Assembly: GCA_040954595.2 (NCBI GenBank)
Contig: CM082577.2
Span: 19,008,303-19,072,302 of the forward strand
Origin: Balanoglossus misakiensis
Taxonomy: Eukaryota; Animalia; Hemichordata
DNA: 64,000 nucleotides
Direction of reading: 5' to 3'
Below are positions 31,101 to 43,955 of the stretch, piece by piece. The notes under the pieces were generated by a model. It worked only from the letters and a program-made list of their open reading frames with translations, had not been told where the DNA came from and searched no databases. Numbering within the stretch: the first letter of the stretch is position 1; every line of letters begins with the position of its first letter. Position numbers and translations under genes: made by a program.

Positions 31101-32050
31101 AGTGAAGCCTTTGCTGGTTTGACATAACAGAGCAAAACAGTGTGACTGATTACCAAATGTTGACTTTTCTGTTTTCATCTGACTCCTGTGTTCATTTTCA
31201 AAGATTCCACATGCTGTGCTCACTGCTGTAGCCATGTTACTTAAACATGCATACCACATAGAAGCTGGTTTACTTTTGTCATTTCCGATTTCTCATCATC
31301 ACTTAATTTATAACAGTTTTCCTCAATGACTGGTAATAAAGTTTCTCTCAGTTCTTCCAATTTGCTCTTGTATTTTCCATTTACAACATGACGATCACTC
31401 ATAATGTTTTTACTACGAAGGAGGAGTTGTGCATATATAGATAATTTATCATTATCATCCTCAGCAATGGCTTCACTGAGCTCCTGAAATGTTAGTATTG
31501 TAGCATTCATGTAGTCATCGGCACTGCCACGCAAAAGTTCTTGAAATCCAAGAGATAGAGAGGATTTGTTTGGAAGTGTCACTTGCAGACCAGCATAGTC
31601 AATGAATTTCTTTCTTGTGCCATCACTATGGAGGGTATTGTATTTTTCCTGTTCTAATATTTCTGTAGCAGCTTGGGCCTGTGCAACAACCAGTGCTTCT
31701 ACCTGCAACATTGATGTCAGTGATTTGCTTGGCAATCGTCCAACATCAATGTTCAGGAGATTTTTGATTACAGATTTCACAACTGATGTGCAGTTATCCA
31801 CTGAAACATTATGTGATAGCAGATCATAATAGATCTGTCTTATTGTATCTGTGTATTTTCCATTTTCAAATATTTCTATCTGATTGTCACTCATCATCTC
31901 TGTTACTCTTTCATGCAGTTCCAGATTTTCATTTTCCAACTGCCTAACTTGATCCCTGGCTTCTCTTAATTCTATGGACTCTTGTTTATCTGCAGACTGG
32001 GCTTTCCTTTTCCAGTAACTTTTATTCTTTTAATCTATGTCTTTCTAAAA
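28147..32050 (-). mobile_element. DNA transposon with TAGGG terminus and disrupted DDE transposase; other end not found
   Basis: Abrupt junction TAGGGAGTTCAATGG truncating the repeated cassette, with a ~204-bp subterminal tandem duplication (28511-28905). Linkage to the ORFs is inferred from adjacency. Confidence 0.55.
29511..31939 (-). pseudogene. DDE transposase of the CxxH clan (hAT/MULE/P/Kolobok-like), frameshifted near 31250
   Basis: Two overlapping ORFs (232 + 582 aa): LHSDGTRK (D1), IMSDRH (D2), CGMH, TNIRSESDFS (E, like hAT SERxFS), a Lys-rich coiled coil, and a C-terminal YIAVAY..W...FKWP module. Confidence 0.7.
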
Positions 32051-32714
32051 TGTATCTAAGTCTAATTTTTAACAAAACTATAAACTAACTAGCTATCTGT
32101 CAACTAAATGTATCGATTTCTAATTTATCTACAATCTGTCGTAACACTTCTACAATCAAGCTGTCTACATCTAATCTATAATTTATTTGTCTATATCTAT
32201 AGTAAAAAATCTGGCTGTAATATTACAAAGCACACATCACCAAGGAATGTGTCTGTAATTATGCAGCTGCCTTGTAATACTTGAAATTATTATACACCTA
32301 CTGCTGTAACCTATGGAGTTCCGTAATACAATAATTCGCGGTATCACCGTACAATAATTATTCAAATGAGGACGCGGAGTCCAATAACACCAGGGTTATT
32401 GGACGCATTTTGACTCACGGGTGTTTAATGTGAACAATGATGATATTACACCCTACTCTCACAAAAAAAATGATATAAAAAGTACATAGTCATTATTAAA
32501 CAAAATTATTGGTGGCCCAAGATGCGAAATAAGTCAAAATCCTCAATGAAATTTCAGTCGAAGGAATGTGTGAACGAACAGGCGAGCGCGTTCATTTCAA
32601 GTTCCAGAATGAGCTCATCGCTGCAGCGTAGAACGTCACGCTCGAGACGTCGGCAGCTCGACACTAGCATCACCTGATGTGCAAGGTGAAGGCGCGTTCG
32701 ATATGCAAATTACA

Positions 32715-32950
32715 TCATGGCGGCGTCTGAAAACTAGAAAGTCAGATAGCAGCCTATTTATTCTTTATTGTTCATCAAGGACGTCCGGAAAAGGTGTATA
32801 ATAATAAGGTTATTAACAAAATACCGGGATTTATGTCCTCGTACATCGTACGCTTCGGTATTGTCCTCGACGCTGCACGTCTCAGACAATACCTGCGCTG
32901 CACGATGTACTCGGACATAAGTCCCGGTATTTTGTGAATAACCTTATAAT
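32715..32950. mobile_element. Crypton-type palindromic end; inverted copy at 43956-44190
   Basis: ~145-bp hairpin ATAAGGTTATT(A/C)ACAAAATACCGGGA...TCCCGGTATTTTGTGAATAACCTTAT plus a shared ~90-bp flank. Confidence 0.6.
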
Positions 32951-35839
32951 ATCAGTGAAACAAGAAATGGTTTTCAATGGCAAGTTAACAAGTAGAACAG
33001 GTTGACAGAACGTAATGCAGAAGAGGTAAGTTGACGTACATGCATGATGTACTACCAAGAGATATCTACATGTACTTTCAGTGTACACAAGAGATACAGA
33101 CGATCGATCGCCTATCACTGGAAACTGGCCCGAAAGTATAAACTAGATTTTCAAAACGTATTGCGCGCGTTCAACCCTACTAACCCCTGGTCATCTTGAC
33201 AGCGCGACGCGACACACGCGCCACGCACTGCATTGCACTTTAATGTTTATTTACACTAACGATAAACTAACTCGTACTTTTTAAATTCATGAAAGACAAA
33301 GCTTTGGTGACACGCGTAGGCTGATAGCGTGCACGTGTAGGTGTATCAGGTTTCATCAAAGAGCAGTGTTCACAAACAAATACATCACGTACCCTATCAT
33401 ATGTGGCAAATTGATGTCGACTAAGCTACGGCTATTTTATTTTACAGCTGATGGTGGTGCTTTCTATATCAATGCAGTTCGTACCATATTGAAATGTCAA
33501 TCGAACTTTGCGGTCAATTATTGAAAAATGCGCACTTTAATAGGCAGAAAAATGACGGGGTGTGACCAAGTTTTGGATAGAGCTCCAGCGAGTACGCACA
33601 TTTACACACACACGATCGATGTGTGCGTCGCGTTGTCATGTCATTGCACGCGTCACTGCAATTGCGCAAAGGTGAGAAAAATGAACCGCGTTCTGCGCAG
33701 TCTGATCTCCGTGTGTACGAATCATGATGCATCATGGGTATTTTCATGTACCGTGATCTCTACAGAGGGAAATGGGGGTAAAGTGTTAAACCATATGGCA
33801 CAAAGCAAGACAGAGCAATGCTGACTTACTCGCCATGTTCTGAAAGGTCTCCTCTGGTTTCCCATATGGTCACCTGAGTTTGGCAAGCACACAAAACATA
33901 GCAGACTTGGATGTGGCCCAGAACCATAGAAGACTATCATGACCAATAACCTTATCAAGAAAAGAAGCGCACAGATATTTTTTTTAAAAGATGCAAATCC
34001 AATGTGAGGTGCCGCCTTTCATCATTTCTGTGTCGTCAAATTTTCATAAAACCTACCCTATTCCCACCAGGTTAAAAGCGCAGAAATAAAACACACTGTT
34101 AATATACATCATCATTTTCTACACAACTTCTTGGATGAACTATGGAGAACACCTCACCAGTGATCTGCGATGCGACATTTGAGCTTTTAACTTTATTTTT
34201 TCCCGAAACCTAACCCACCTACCTGCCTGCCTGTCAAACAGCAACAGCAAAAAAAATATTTTTATCAATGGTTCCTAATGCTGACAGTAACCTTGTTCTC
34301 ATGCGAGAAGAATATTTAAATAGCATCTGGCATGAAAGGATTGTAAAGACATGTGACAATTAGTCGATACCAAAATAAAAACTGCAGTTCAGTGTTTACA
34401 TATCAAAATGAGTCCATTTGACCTTTTATCATCAGAGTTAATTTCTTCCCAATAATTTTCAGTGGAGAGTTTGGACTATTACATATAGCTTGGTTACCCA
34501 GACCCCACTGCTCCTTCCGTTGGGCACTCCAGAAAGAGGGTCCTGGGGAAATACTATAAAAAAATCTCCGGGCACAGTTCATAATTTGCAAAACATTTTC
34601 TTACCAATTATTGGTGTCTAAAGCGCCCTCGCACATCGCACACTGTTCAACTAAGAAGTTTAGCTTGTCAGCAGTGCACTGTGTGTAGTCGAGACGGCGA
34701 TCATATTTTCCGTCTGGATTTTTTATCCCTGGCGGGGATTTTCCAGCAAATTATGAAACTTTATAATTTTCAACAGTCTAATTGAGGTAATATGTCAGTC
34801 CTTTGTCCGAAATTGAAGTTTAAAAGTGTATTTCGAGATTTGTCTGCTGCGATCCTCGCCAGAGTTTTGTCTGCTGGGTTTGTCTGCCCACTTCAGCCGA
34901 GTAACAAATAGACTTCTCCACCAAAGACGGTAAGCTCTAATACTGTAAAACATGTTATTTTCGCGAGTTGAAACTTTCGCAATATCGAGAGAGGCCACTG
35001 TTACGCGAATATTAATTTCATCATATTGGGCTAAACTGATCAGCCAATTTCCACAGAAAATGATGGGCAGGCTGCGACAGGCAGTAATTAGTAGGACCGC
35101 AAATGAAGTCTTGATTTCAAGGATTGGAAAGTGGGGAAACGATCGCCTCTAATTGCAGACGTTGTCGCCGCCTACAAAATCCGTATCTTCGAAACAAATT
35201 TTATGGATAAGATATTCAGATGTTATTTCTATTCTCACTTACCGCTTTCTCTGTTCTCCGGCCATCCAAATCAGTGTCCGAATCAGCAAGTCCGTGAGAC
35301 GAGCGTATGTTTGTTCGTAAAAATGTACTCCAGTACTTCCAGTTAACTCAGGTGCGTTCGACGTACGAAGCCTTCGGGAACGTTTTCATGTCGAACCACA
35401 GGGAACTCAGGCTCATAGTTGTGGTAAAATGAATAAAAACATAGTTTTATTATTATTATTATGAATAAAAAATGGAAAAAAATATTAATAATATGACAGA
35501 ACTTCATGACCTCTGCGCGCGATCTGTGCAATATGGATTTTATTTTCATGAGTGAGAAGGTGTATTCTATACACCTTCTCACTGAGTCACCTGACAGATA
35601 GACCGCATAAATTATTATCACATACATAGCTCCGCATATACGATAGTAAGACGTCAGACGTAGGTAATTTAAATTTGCACCAAGCGTTATTGTAATATCC
35701 ATCCCTCTGACGTCACCAAACGGAACTATTTTAAACTTGTAAACAAAGTCCTCTTAGGGCGACAAAATTCAGTGCAATTGTTGGTTTTATTTCGATATTA
35801 AAAAATAAGCAAAGATAAAAAAAATGTTTCGTATGTGTA

Positions 35840-36420
35840 AATATGGACGATCGACGATTAGTTTTACCTGTGTACATTTTTATCGCACCAGCCGGCACCA
35901 AAACTGTCGCGAGGTCGTCAGTGCTGAGCCAATGTCGTCGCGTTGTCGAACGAGCGACAGGTACAAAACTTAGTATTCGCAAAAATTTTGATGCGACGAT
36001 TAGGGCAAAACGGTCTAGTCATAAAGCAAAAGGCATAAGAAAGGTTTCCTGCTCCAGTGAAACCTTGACGGACGATGAAATCCAGCTGACGCACGACAGA
36101 CGGGTCCTCGCCAAAACCAGAATCGTCCAGGTCGTGACCTGAGTCACCTGACAGATAGACCGCATAACATCGATCTTCAATTTTGCACAAAATAGTTCCA
36201 AATTTTATCGCAACCACAAAGAGATTTATTTGAAAATCAAAATTAGCGGATCTATGTATGTGATAAACATATAATTCCCCCGTATTCCTCACTCGTGTAC
36301 CTGCGTCGCGAACTCGTGATTCCCCGTATAGCTGCGGCTCGGAGGGATACGGCCGCTATACGGGGAATCACTCGTCCGCGACGCGCGCAGGCACACTCGT
36401 TCGAAATACGGGGGAATAAT
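35840..36420 (+). mobile_element. Crypton relic: degenerate tyrosine-recombinase (DUF3504-upstream) fragment plus terminal hairpin 36273-36420
   Basis: FDATIRAKRSSHKAKGIRKVSCSSETLTDDEIQL resembles the Crypton motif L.AK.K.L...G.....AE.LT.EE. Hairpin ATTCCCCCGTATT...AATACGGGGGAAT. Confidence 0.5.
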
Positions 36421-37277
36421 ATATATAATTATATTTGTAGTAGTTCTTGTTATCTATCATGTGTTAAAATCCAACATACCTATGCATTCTGTCTTCTCCC
36501 TAACACGTACTGTACTGGCCGACCTATATACTCTAACCCAACCTGATTAAAATCAGATGTAGGGAACGGCGACTTGGTTTTTTTTGTCGGAATCGCTAAA
36601 TTCCAACTTACAGTAGTCATACTCGACAAACCTGATCCGTACTGTACCTCATATCGTAGATAAAGCTGGAAAATCCACAGTTTTCGCGATGTATTTTGCA
36701 ACAATCTCTTTACTTAGTGAAACCTCCAGGTCGTCTGCCCGTTATTCAAAATTTGTGGTCTCCGAGGTCAAAGGTTGGTCGGTCCTGGCGATACCATTAT
36801 TAAAATAGGGGCCAGTCATCAAAACGGTGGCGTATGATTTTTTTAAGTAAGTTTCCAAATTAAAACGCCAAGAAAACTACAGGTCAGATAAATTGTTTTC
36901 TCGTAAATTCAACATTAGAATCAAATTTGGCGTTGGAAACTAACGGCGGGCCGCCAGTTCCTGGTCTGGGGACTGGTTGAGTCACGTCTTGATGACTGGC
37001 CCCTATTTTAATAATGGTATCGCCATGACCGACCAACCTTTGACCTCGGAGACCACAGTCTACCCGATGGCCATAAAAGGAGTGCTTCATTTAAATAAAT
37101 GAATATTCATAAGAGAAGCGTTGCTATAGTATCATGTGGCCTCAGCCAATCAGATCGTATAAAATCTCGATCATGCATTGTACACGAAGTAGGTCACTAC
37201 GTCAACAAAAATATTGGCAGTTCCGGGTTTTGTAGTTGTCGTCTGCTACTTTCCGAACGCACAACAAGTATTGCAAG

Positions 37278-37670
37278 ATGCCAAAGGTTGTGATCCACGG
37301 TGTTTTTACTGTGGGAATGATGCATTACGACGGTCTTTTGACCAAGGGTGGCGTGTACCGTTTGCTCCGTGAGAAGAACAACCCTCACGACCCTCATGCC
37401 ATTGCCATCGTTGAGAATTCTGCGGAAGCCCGGCACATTCTTGGCCATTTGAAGAGAGATGCGGCTGCATTACTTGGTGCAGTAATGGATGCACGTCTTT
37501 CTTCAAATGACGTATATTATTTGAAAGTACAGTGTCGTGCTCCCGTTAATTCTGGGCGAAGTGGCATTGGACAAGAATGTACGGTCGGCTTCCTACTCAA
37601 GCTGGCCGATGTAGATCGAGCAACAGACATCGTGCCCGACAAGGGTTTCCGGGTTACCTACATACAGTAA
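37278..37670 (+). CDS. Stand-alone HIRAN-domain protein (~130 aa)
   Basis: VG..HY...YRLLREKNNPHDPHAIAIV...LGHLKRDAAALLGAVMD matches HIRAN (L.REP.NP.D.NAI.V...GY.....A..L...D). The ORF is intact from the ATG at 37278. Confidence 0.8.
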   Translation: MPKVVIHGVFTVGMMHYDGLLTKGGVYRLLREKNNPHDPHAIAIVENSAEARHILGHLKRDAAALLGAVMDARLSSNDVYYLKVQCRAPVNSGRSGIGQECTVGFLLKLADVDRATDIVPDKGFRVTYIQ

Positions 37671-39518
37671 ATGAAAAACCCGGACAAACGGCCCTTTTCA
37701 GGGCAACACATTCTCAAAGAAGAGAACTACCGTTTAAACAACAAACACACTTTACTTTGTCATGAATAATTCAGAGCTTTTCCGACACATTACTATGTTA
37801 AACATGGCCATTTTCAGAGATTTAATTCATCTTCCAGAAACAAAATTATTTGTCATAAATTGTTTTCAGTATTTTTAGCAGCATAAACATAGAGAGAGTG
37901 AGGGAATTATAACGAAGTATACAACAATCTACTCCTATTCAATAAAAGTATCTTTTGAGTGAAAACAAATTGTGGAGAACCATGTGTTTTCTGGGGATGG
38001 TTCTGAAGTAGTTTGGAAAGAAATAATGTTGCATCTAAAAAAAATATTTTCGAAACCTGAAGGAGAAAAAGAATGGGGGGGGGGGGACATGCTGACACAC
38101 CCCATTCCTTCCTCAAGCTCCTCACATTTTCAATGATAGGTCAGCCAGCTGTGACTTATTCAATCTGTGAAAAGGGGATGGCATGCATTGTGTCATTTCA
38201 TCTTCATCAGAATTTATGAACCAAGCCAAAAAGGCAAAATTTTTCATAGATGGGGAATTGGTTCAACCTCAATTCAACAATCAAATTCCTGAGTTTTGTT
38301 GGTATTTTTAGGAAATGTGAATGATAAACTAAAAAAGGCACAATCGTACCCAGAAATTTTAATACGCACATGGTTCTCATTCATTTATTGTTTTCTCTCA
38401 ATAACATATATACCAAGCATAATTACGACATCATATACAATTTCTTGTTTAATCAAGCATACCCAGTATTATCCTCAGTACTGAGCAACATTGACAACAG
38501 TCAATATATGCACAACCAGCATTGTTATTGTTTGAAAACGAGTGATCAAGTTACACATTTTCTAATAAACTGTAGCAGTGGAGTTCAATCGTAAGTACTC
38601 TCTACTAAGAAGAATACTTAGTGTTACATGCTGAACTGTGTATATCTAAAAAGTTGATACACAGATCAAAATTGTTGAGAAATCCTACAACAGTTACATC
38701 TATACTCTCCCTTTCAACATTCTCATGACATACTAAAAAAGAATCACAGACAAAAAATATCTTTGTATTCTGTCTTATATTTATTGATTCTATAGTAAAA
38801 ATGGAAGCCGTAGTTGTCATTAAAACAAAACTAGTGAAAAAACATCAAAAGTTACAGGTACTGCACCTTAAACGACGACTATCTCACAATGTATTCATCT
38901 ACCTGAGAAGATGAAAGTAGTAAAGCACTGACAAACAATAAAGGCAATTCTAGTCACGCTTCATAATGTGAGTTATCAACAAATAGTACCAGTACACATA
39001 CAATTCAGAAACGTTTGATTGCATTTTCAATAGCTACTCTTGTTTGTCATTGCTTAGTTATCAAATTAACTGTACGAATAGGGACAATTATGTCATATAG
39101 ACTGTAACAATATTTAGCTTGATTGTGTGTGCAGAGGCAGCCCCAGGGAAACACCATACATACCTGAAAGATGAATAACAATTTATGTCAAATATGTAAT
39201 ACATGTACACAAAATCAAGGGAAGCATTCAACAGATCTTGCGCAATATAGTTCTAAATATAAAATTGAATTTAAACAGTGTAATCAACACGAGGTTTCAA
39301 GCAAAACAATAATGAAAATTATGTGACTGACTATTGCTGGATCAGTGCAAAATACCATAAATAGGAAAGTAACACCAAGGCATTTATATACACAGGAGTT
39401 CATTAAATGAGCAGCTGTCATATTTCAATGACATCCAACTACACCAAACCTTTATGTCTCAACCAAGTCAGACTCTCCACTTACTACTTTCTTAACATCA
39501 ACTACCAGCTCAATCCAT

Positions 39519-42303
39519 TTAGCCTTTGTAGCTTTTTGTTTTTTTCAGTGTGTCAAATTTTGGGGTTAGGACTGACTTAGCATAATCAGGTAGGACTGTT
39601 AAGATAACCTCTATTTCCTCCATAAGTTGTTTGATTGTTTTAGATTCCAATTTATTGAGTGTTGACCTCTCATTTTTGGTTACAACCAATATTGGCCTAT
39701 GACATTTACCTGCCCATAGGTATTCAGTTATGAATTCCATCCGTCTATTACGGGCCTTCATATCAAACTGCAATAACTCTTCATCTAATTCCTCCCCGTG
39801 TACATTAACTATTGGTCTTCCCTCACGTGGTATCAGATATTTCCTGTTTCTAAGAAGGACTCTAAATTTAAGAATATCATTTCCACTTGGAGGAGAAATG
39901 CGATCTCTGTTTTCGCTCCTATTTAAGCCTATTGACTTAAAAACTCTATTTCGAAGATCAACTAGAGTGTCATGATTTCGGATAACAGTTTCCCATTGTT
40001 TGTAGTCAGGTACTCCTGAAATCCAAGATTTGATTGATTTATTGTATTCCTCTAATACAAAATCTAGCCCCTGGTGTTTATTATCTTTACCAGATCTAGA
40101 AACAGTTTCATACATTTGTAAGGTGGTACAGAGGGGTTCAGGTTGACAAAGATGATCATACTCATCCCAGGCTTCAATTTCCTGATATCGTGGATGGTTG
40201 CGACCAAACCATATGGGAGCAAACAACTGCCTACCTGTTCTTATTAGTTTTCAGTCATTAAGCCGAACGCCTTTCCGGAATAAATGAATTCCAAGACAGT
40301 GTGGAAGCATAGTGTACCATATGAAGTGAATTGTGTCATCTGCACTAGCCTGATCTCTTACCCACTCTAGGAAGTCATAAGGGGATGGGGTTCTTGAATC
40401 AATACAATAGGACTGAAGTAGCTCTAGCCAAATACCATCATGAAATTTGCAAAAATTGTCAAAACTTTGGTGATGGTCACAACATTTCTTAAAGAAAACC
40501 TGAGCTTTATCACTTAAGAATCCCTGTGAGCGGCCAAACTCAGCATAAATTATGTGCCAATACATTTCAGCAAATGATTTTAACATGTTGATTTCCTCGT
40601 GGCCAGGTCCTGTCCTCAAAAGTACCCAGTCGAACTCATTTGAACGATCAATTGCTGTCCTCACCAAATGTTGTGGAAGGCCATCACATCGAACAATAAC
40701 CCACTCCCTATTTCCTTTCCCATTATGGTATTTGTGGATCCCAGCATGTTTCCCAATATATCGGAGGACTTCAACAAGTGCTCCTTGTGATGATGGATTA
40801 ACAAACACTGGGTCCAGCAAAGTAATGTTAGCTCTTGTGCTTTCTCTCTCAAGTTTGTCTTTCTGTTTGGTGGTATGAGACATTATGACCCTGTTGCTTC
40901 CTAACTGTTCATTTACAATTTGGCTTGTGTATTCATGAAATTTGAGTCCAGTATTGTTGTATGTTTTAACTCTGGACTTTAGTATCTAATGACTTTGGTT
41001 GAGATTTTGTTTTCATTGGAAACAATCCACAATTAATGCATTTCTTATGTTTCCCCGCTTTTGGATGGGCATATTTACATGCTGAGCATACGTCAAATTC
41101 TAAATCAATTTTAATTTCATCAGCTTTGCAACCGACAATATCGATGGTTTCATTTTTCAATTTCTCCAGATGATTAGAGATCAATTTGACTCTTTCTGTG
41201 TTGAACAGTGTCAGAAGGTCAGGTGTCAAATGTTCAAGGGATTCTACAGACTGAGGCCTTGGCCAATTTGTTGGTTTAAATGAGGGATCATTTAAACCAA
41301 ACTTTTCAGTTAACTGATTTACAATGACTGTAGTGAGAATTTCAGACTTTTGTTTATTTCCGTCTCGACTCAACCAACTTCTCATTACACGCTGCTCGTT
41401 GTCAAATGCATATTCTATGAGCCCTGGTGGAGCTGATTTAATTGTATTATTGGTGGTTTTCAACCAGTTTTGAATTGTATCGTAACTTCCTGCTGGTGTG
41501 CAATGACTGACAAGATTACAAGCAATTTCACTTTGTGTCACGGAATACAGAACAGACTGTACTCCTGCCATCAGTTCACTTGTGAAATTCAAATTTCTGG
41601 CAGCATACACATGTATATACAGTCAATGGCTTGTAACCTCATGGCATTACTTTTAGTGACAATCGTGTCACTGTTACCAAGCAAACCAATACCCCTTTCA
41701 GTACCCTTTGATGTTATATTCTCAATGAATGAAACTACCACAGGATTTCTATTTTGGATTAATTGTACTGTATCAATTTCCAGAAGATTATTAATTGATT
41801 TTCTTTTTTTCTGTGACAGGAGTTTTACAGTGTCTTGGTACAAATGACTGTTTTCAAGTTTTCCAATCTGGCATATAGCATTAACTCGCTTCTCTTGCGT
41901 ATCAAAAATTGTGTCTAGTTGTTGTTGCAAGTCATTATTTCGATCTTCTAAATTGTTGTTTTCCTTCAGTAGCTCTTTATTTTCATTTCTCAAGCCTGTG
42001 ACTTCTCTAAAAAGTTCTTCAATATCATTTTTAAGAAGTTGTACCTGATCTTTTAGACTTGTCACCTGTTCTTCATATTCAATACAAGAAGTGCACATCT
42101 CGTATTGATTGACTTTTCCCCCTTCAGTTGTTGTTGCTTCATCCATTCCATGGAAACTCTGTAGGTAAAGTTGTAAATAAAATGCATTGGTTTGAGGAGT
42201 AACACTTTTGCAGTCTACATGCCTATACTCATACAAACAAAATAAAATCATCATCATGATCATCTTCATCTTTTTCCTTTCTCCCCCTCCTCATCATATC
42301 CAG

Positions 42304-42346
<43 letters not shown>

Positions 42347-43403
42347 GGAAAGGTTTTCAATGTGAAAAAAAACACTTACGAGAGGTTTATGTCCTGAGCT
42401 GAATTCACTATAGATAACATGATCAGCTCCTTGCTGTTGGTCTCCAAAAATCATGTCAGGAGTGGCAGCCCTGCATTCCTAATTAACAAATACAGACACG
42501 TACACATTACTTTACAGTGTAAATAAAGTGGGCCATAGTGTTTATAATGACACGTCTTCTGATGTTTGTCATCTACATAGTGATGCTTGTAAACATTTTA
42601 TTATTTGGGCAATTGCACTGTGATGATAATGAGGGTTAGGGTTAGGATCGATGCATGGTTACAATGGATACTATAGGGTCTATTTTTAACAGCATATTGT
42701 ATCAATGACAAAACTTTTTTAGTCGAAATCGCTCAAGATAACATGGTTAACGTGACTTACCAGTGTAACTTCACACTCGAGTTCGGCAAAGTGGACTGCT
42801 GCAGGGGCTTTGGGGCAACTGCTACTAGTGCTAGGCCTTGGGCTTGCAGGACAAGCAAAACTATTAGTATGTACCTCCTCCACATCACGTCGATCGACCT
42901 GTCAGTGTCACAGTAAACGACAATTAGATGAACCGCCATCATCTCAAATACGGAAATAGAACGCCCCCCCCCCCCCTAAAAAAAAAGATCACAAGGGACA
43001 AAACCTATTAGGTTTCGTGATTTCCCGTACGCAAGTTTAGTACGGAAGAAGAAAGCTTCTCGACGTCCTTTCCCCTAAAGATCAGAGGTCAAATGGCACA
43101 CAGCTGTTGTTTACATATTGAGCGCCCTCGGCCCATAAACAAAGCAAATCTTTCACTTACCTTCACACAACGAATGTCATCGTAGAATTTGGTGAATTCT
43201 CTCTTTGATGGTGCTATGCTTACACAATTTTCACAGAAACGGGATGTATTGTGTGCACCCAACTTTCTAAATGCCTGCCGCACTGGCTTTCGGACATATT
43301 TCGCCAACTTGACTCGTTCTGCCGGTGTTGCAGTCCAACGGAAATGTAGTGGGTTTCCACATTTTTTGGCGAAAACTGATGACCTCCAAAAGGGGCCAGT
43401 CAT
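39519..43403 (-). pseudogene. Academ-like DDE transposase, 4 exons (43403-43161, 42898-42761, 42478-42380, 42158-~39500), with several frameshifts/stops in exon 4
   Basis: Motifs FDNEQ, CDGLP, GPGHEEINML and DFVLEEYNK parallel Academ DN / DQPLY / GxxH / D..xE..N. Three GT-AG phase-0 introns give one open frame into exon 4. Confidence 0.72.
42304..42345. repeat. (CAT)n microsatellite in transposase intron 3
   Basis: About 14 TCA units. Confidence 0.95.
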
Positions 43404-43955
43404 CAAAACGGTGGCGTATGATTTAAGTAAGTTTCCAAATTAAAACGCCAAGAAAACTACAGGTCAGATAAATTGTTTTCTCGTAAATTCAACATTAGAA
43501 TCAAATTTGGCGTTGGAAACAACGATCGGCCCCTATTTTAATAATGGTATCGCCATGACCGACCAACCTTTGACCTCGGAGACCACAAATTTTGAATAAC
43601 GGGCAGACGACCTGGAGGTTTCACTAAGTAAAGAGATTGTTGCAAAATACATCGCGAAAACTGTGGATTTTCCAGCTTTATCTACGATATGAGGTACAGT
43701 ACGGATCAGGTTTGTCGAGTATGACTACTGTAAGTTGGCCCATGTCGAAATTTAGCGATTCCGATGTTGACTTGGTGTTTTTTTGGCGAGTGAAAATCAG
43801 TTGGGTATGAAACAATTTGCATCCCTTGTCATTTTTTAGGGTTAGAGTATATAGGTCGGCCAGTACAGTACGTGTTAGGGAGAAGACAGAATGCATAGGT
43901 ATGTTGGATGTTAACACATGATAGATAACAAGAACTACTACAAATATAATAATAA

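Larger units (their letters stand above)
36428..43950 (-). mobile_element. 7.5-kb long-TIR DNA transposon (Academ-like) carrying a HIRAN gene
   Basis: TIRs 36428-36813 and 43528-43950 enclose convergent HIRAN (+) and transposase (-) genes. Confidence 0.85.

Noticed and set aside
42208-42454. Poly-Met and poly-Ser ORFs
   Set aside because: Translations of the intronic (CAT)n microsatellite; only 42380-42478 is exon-like.
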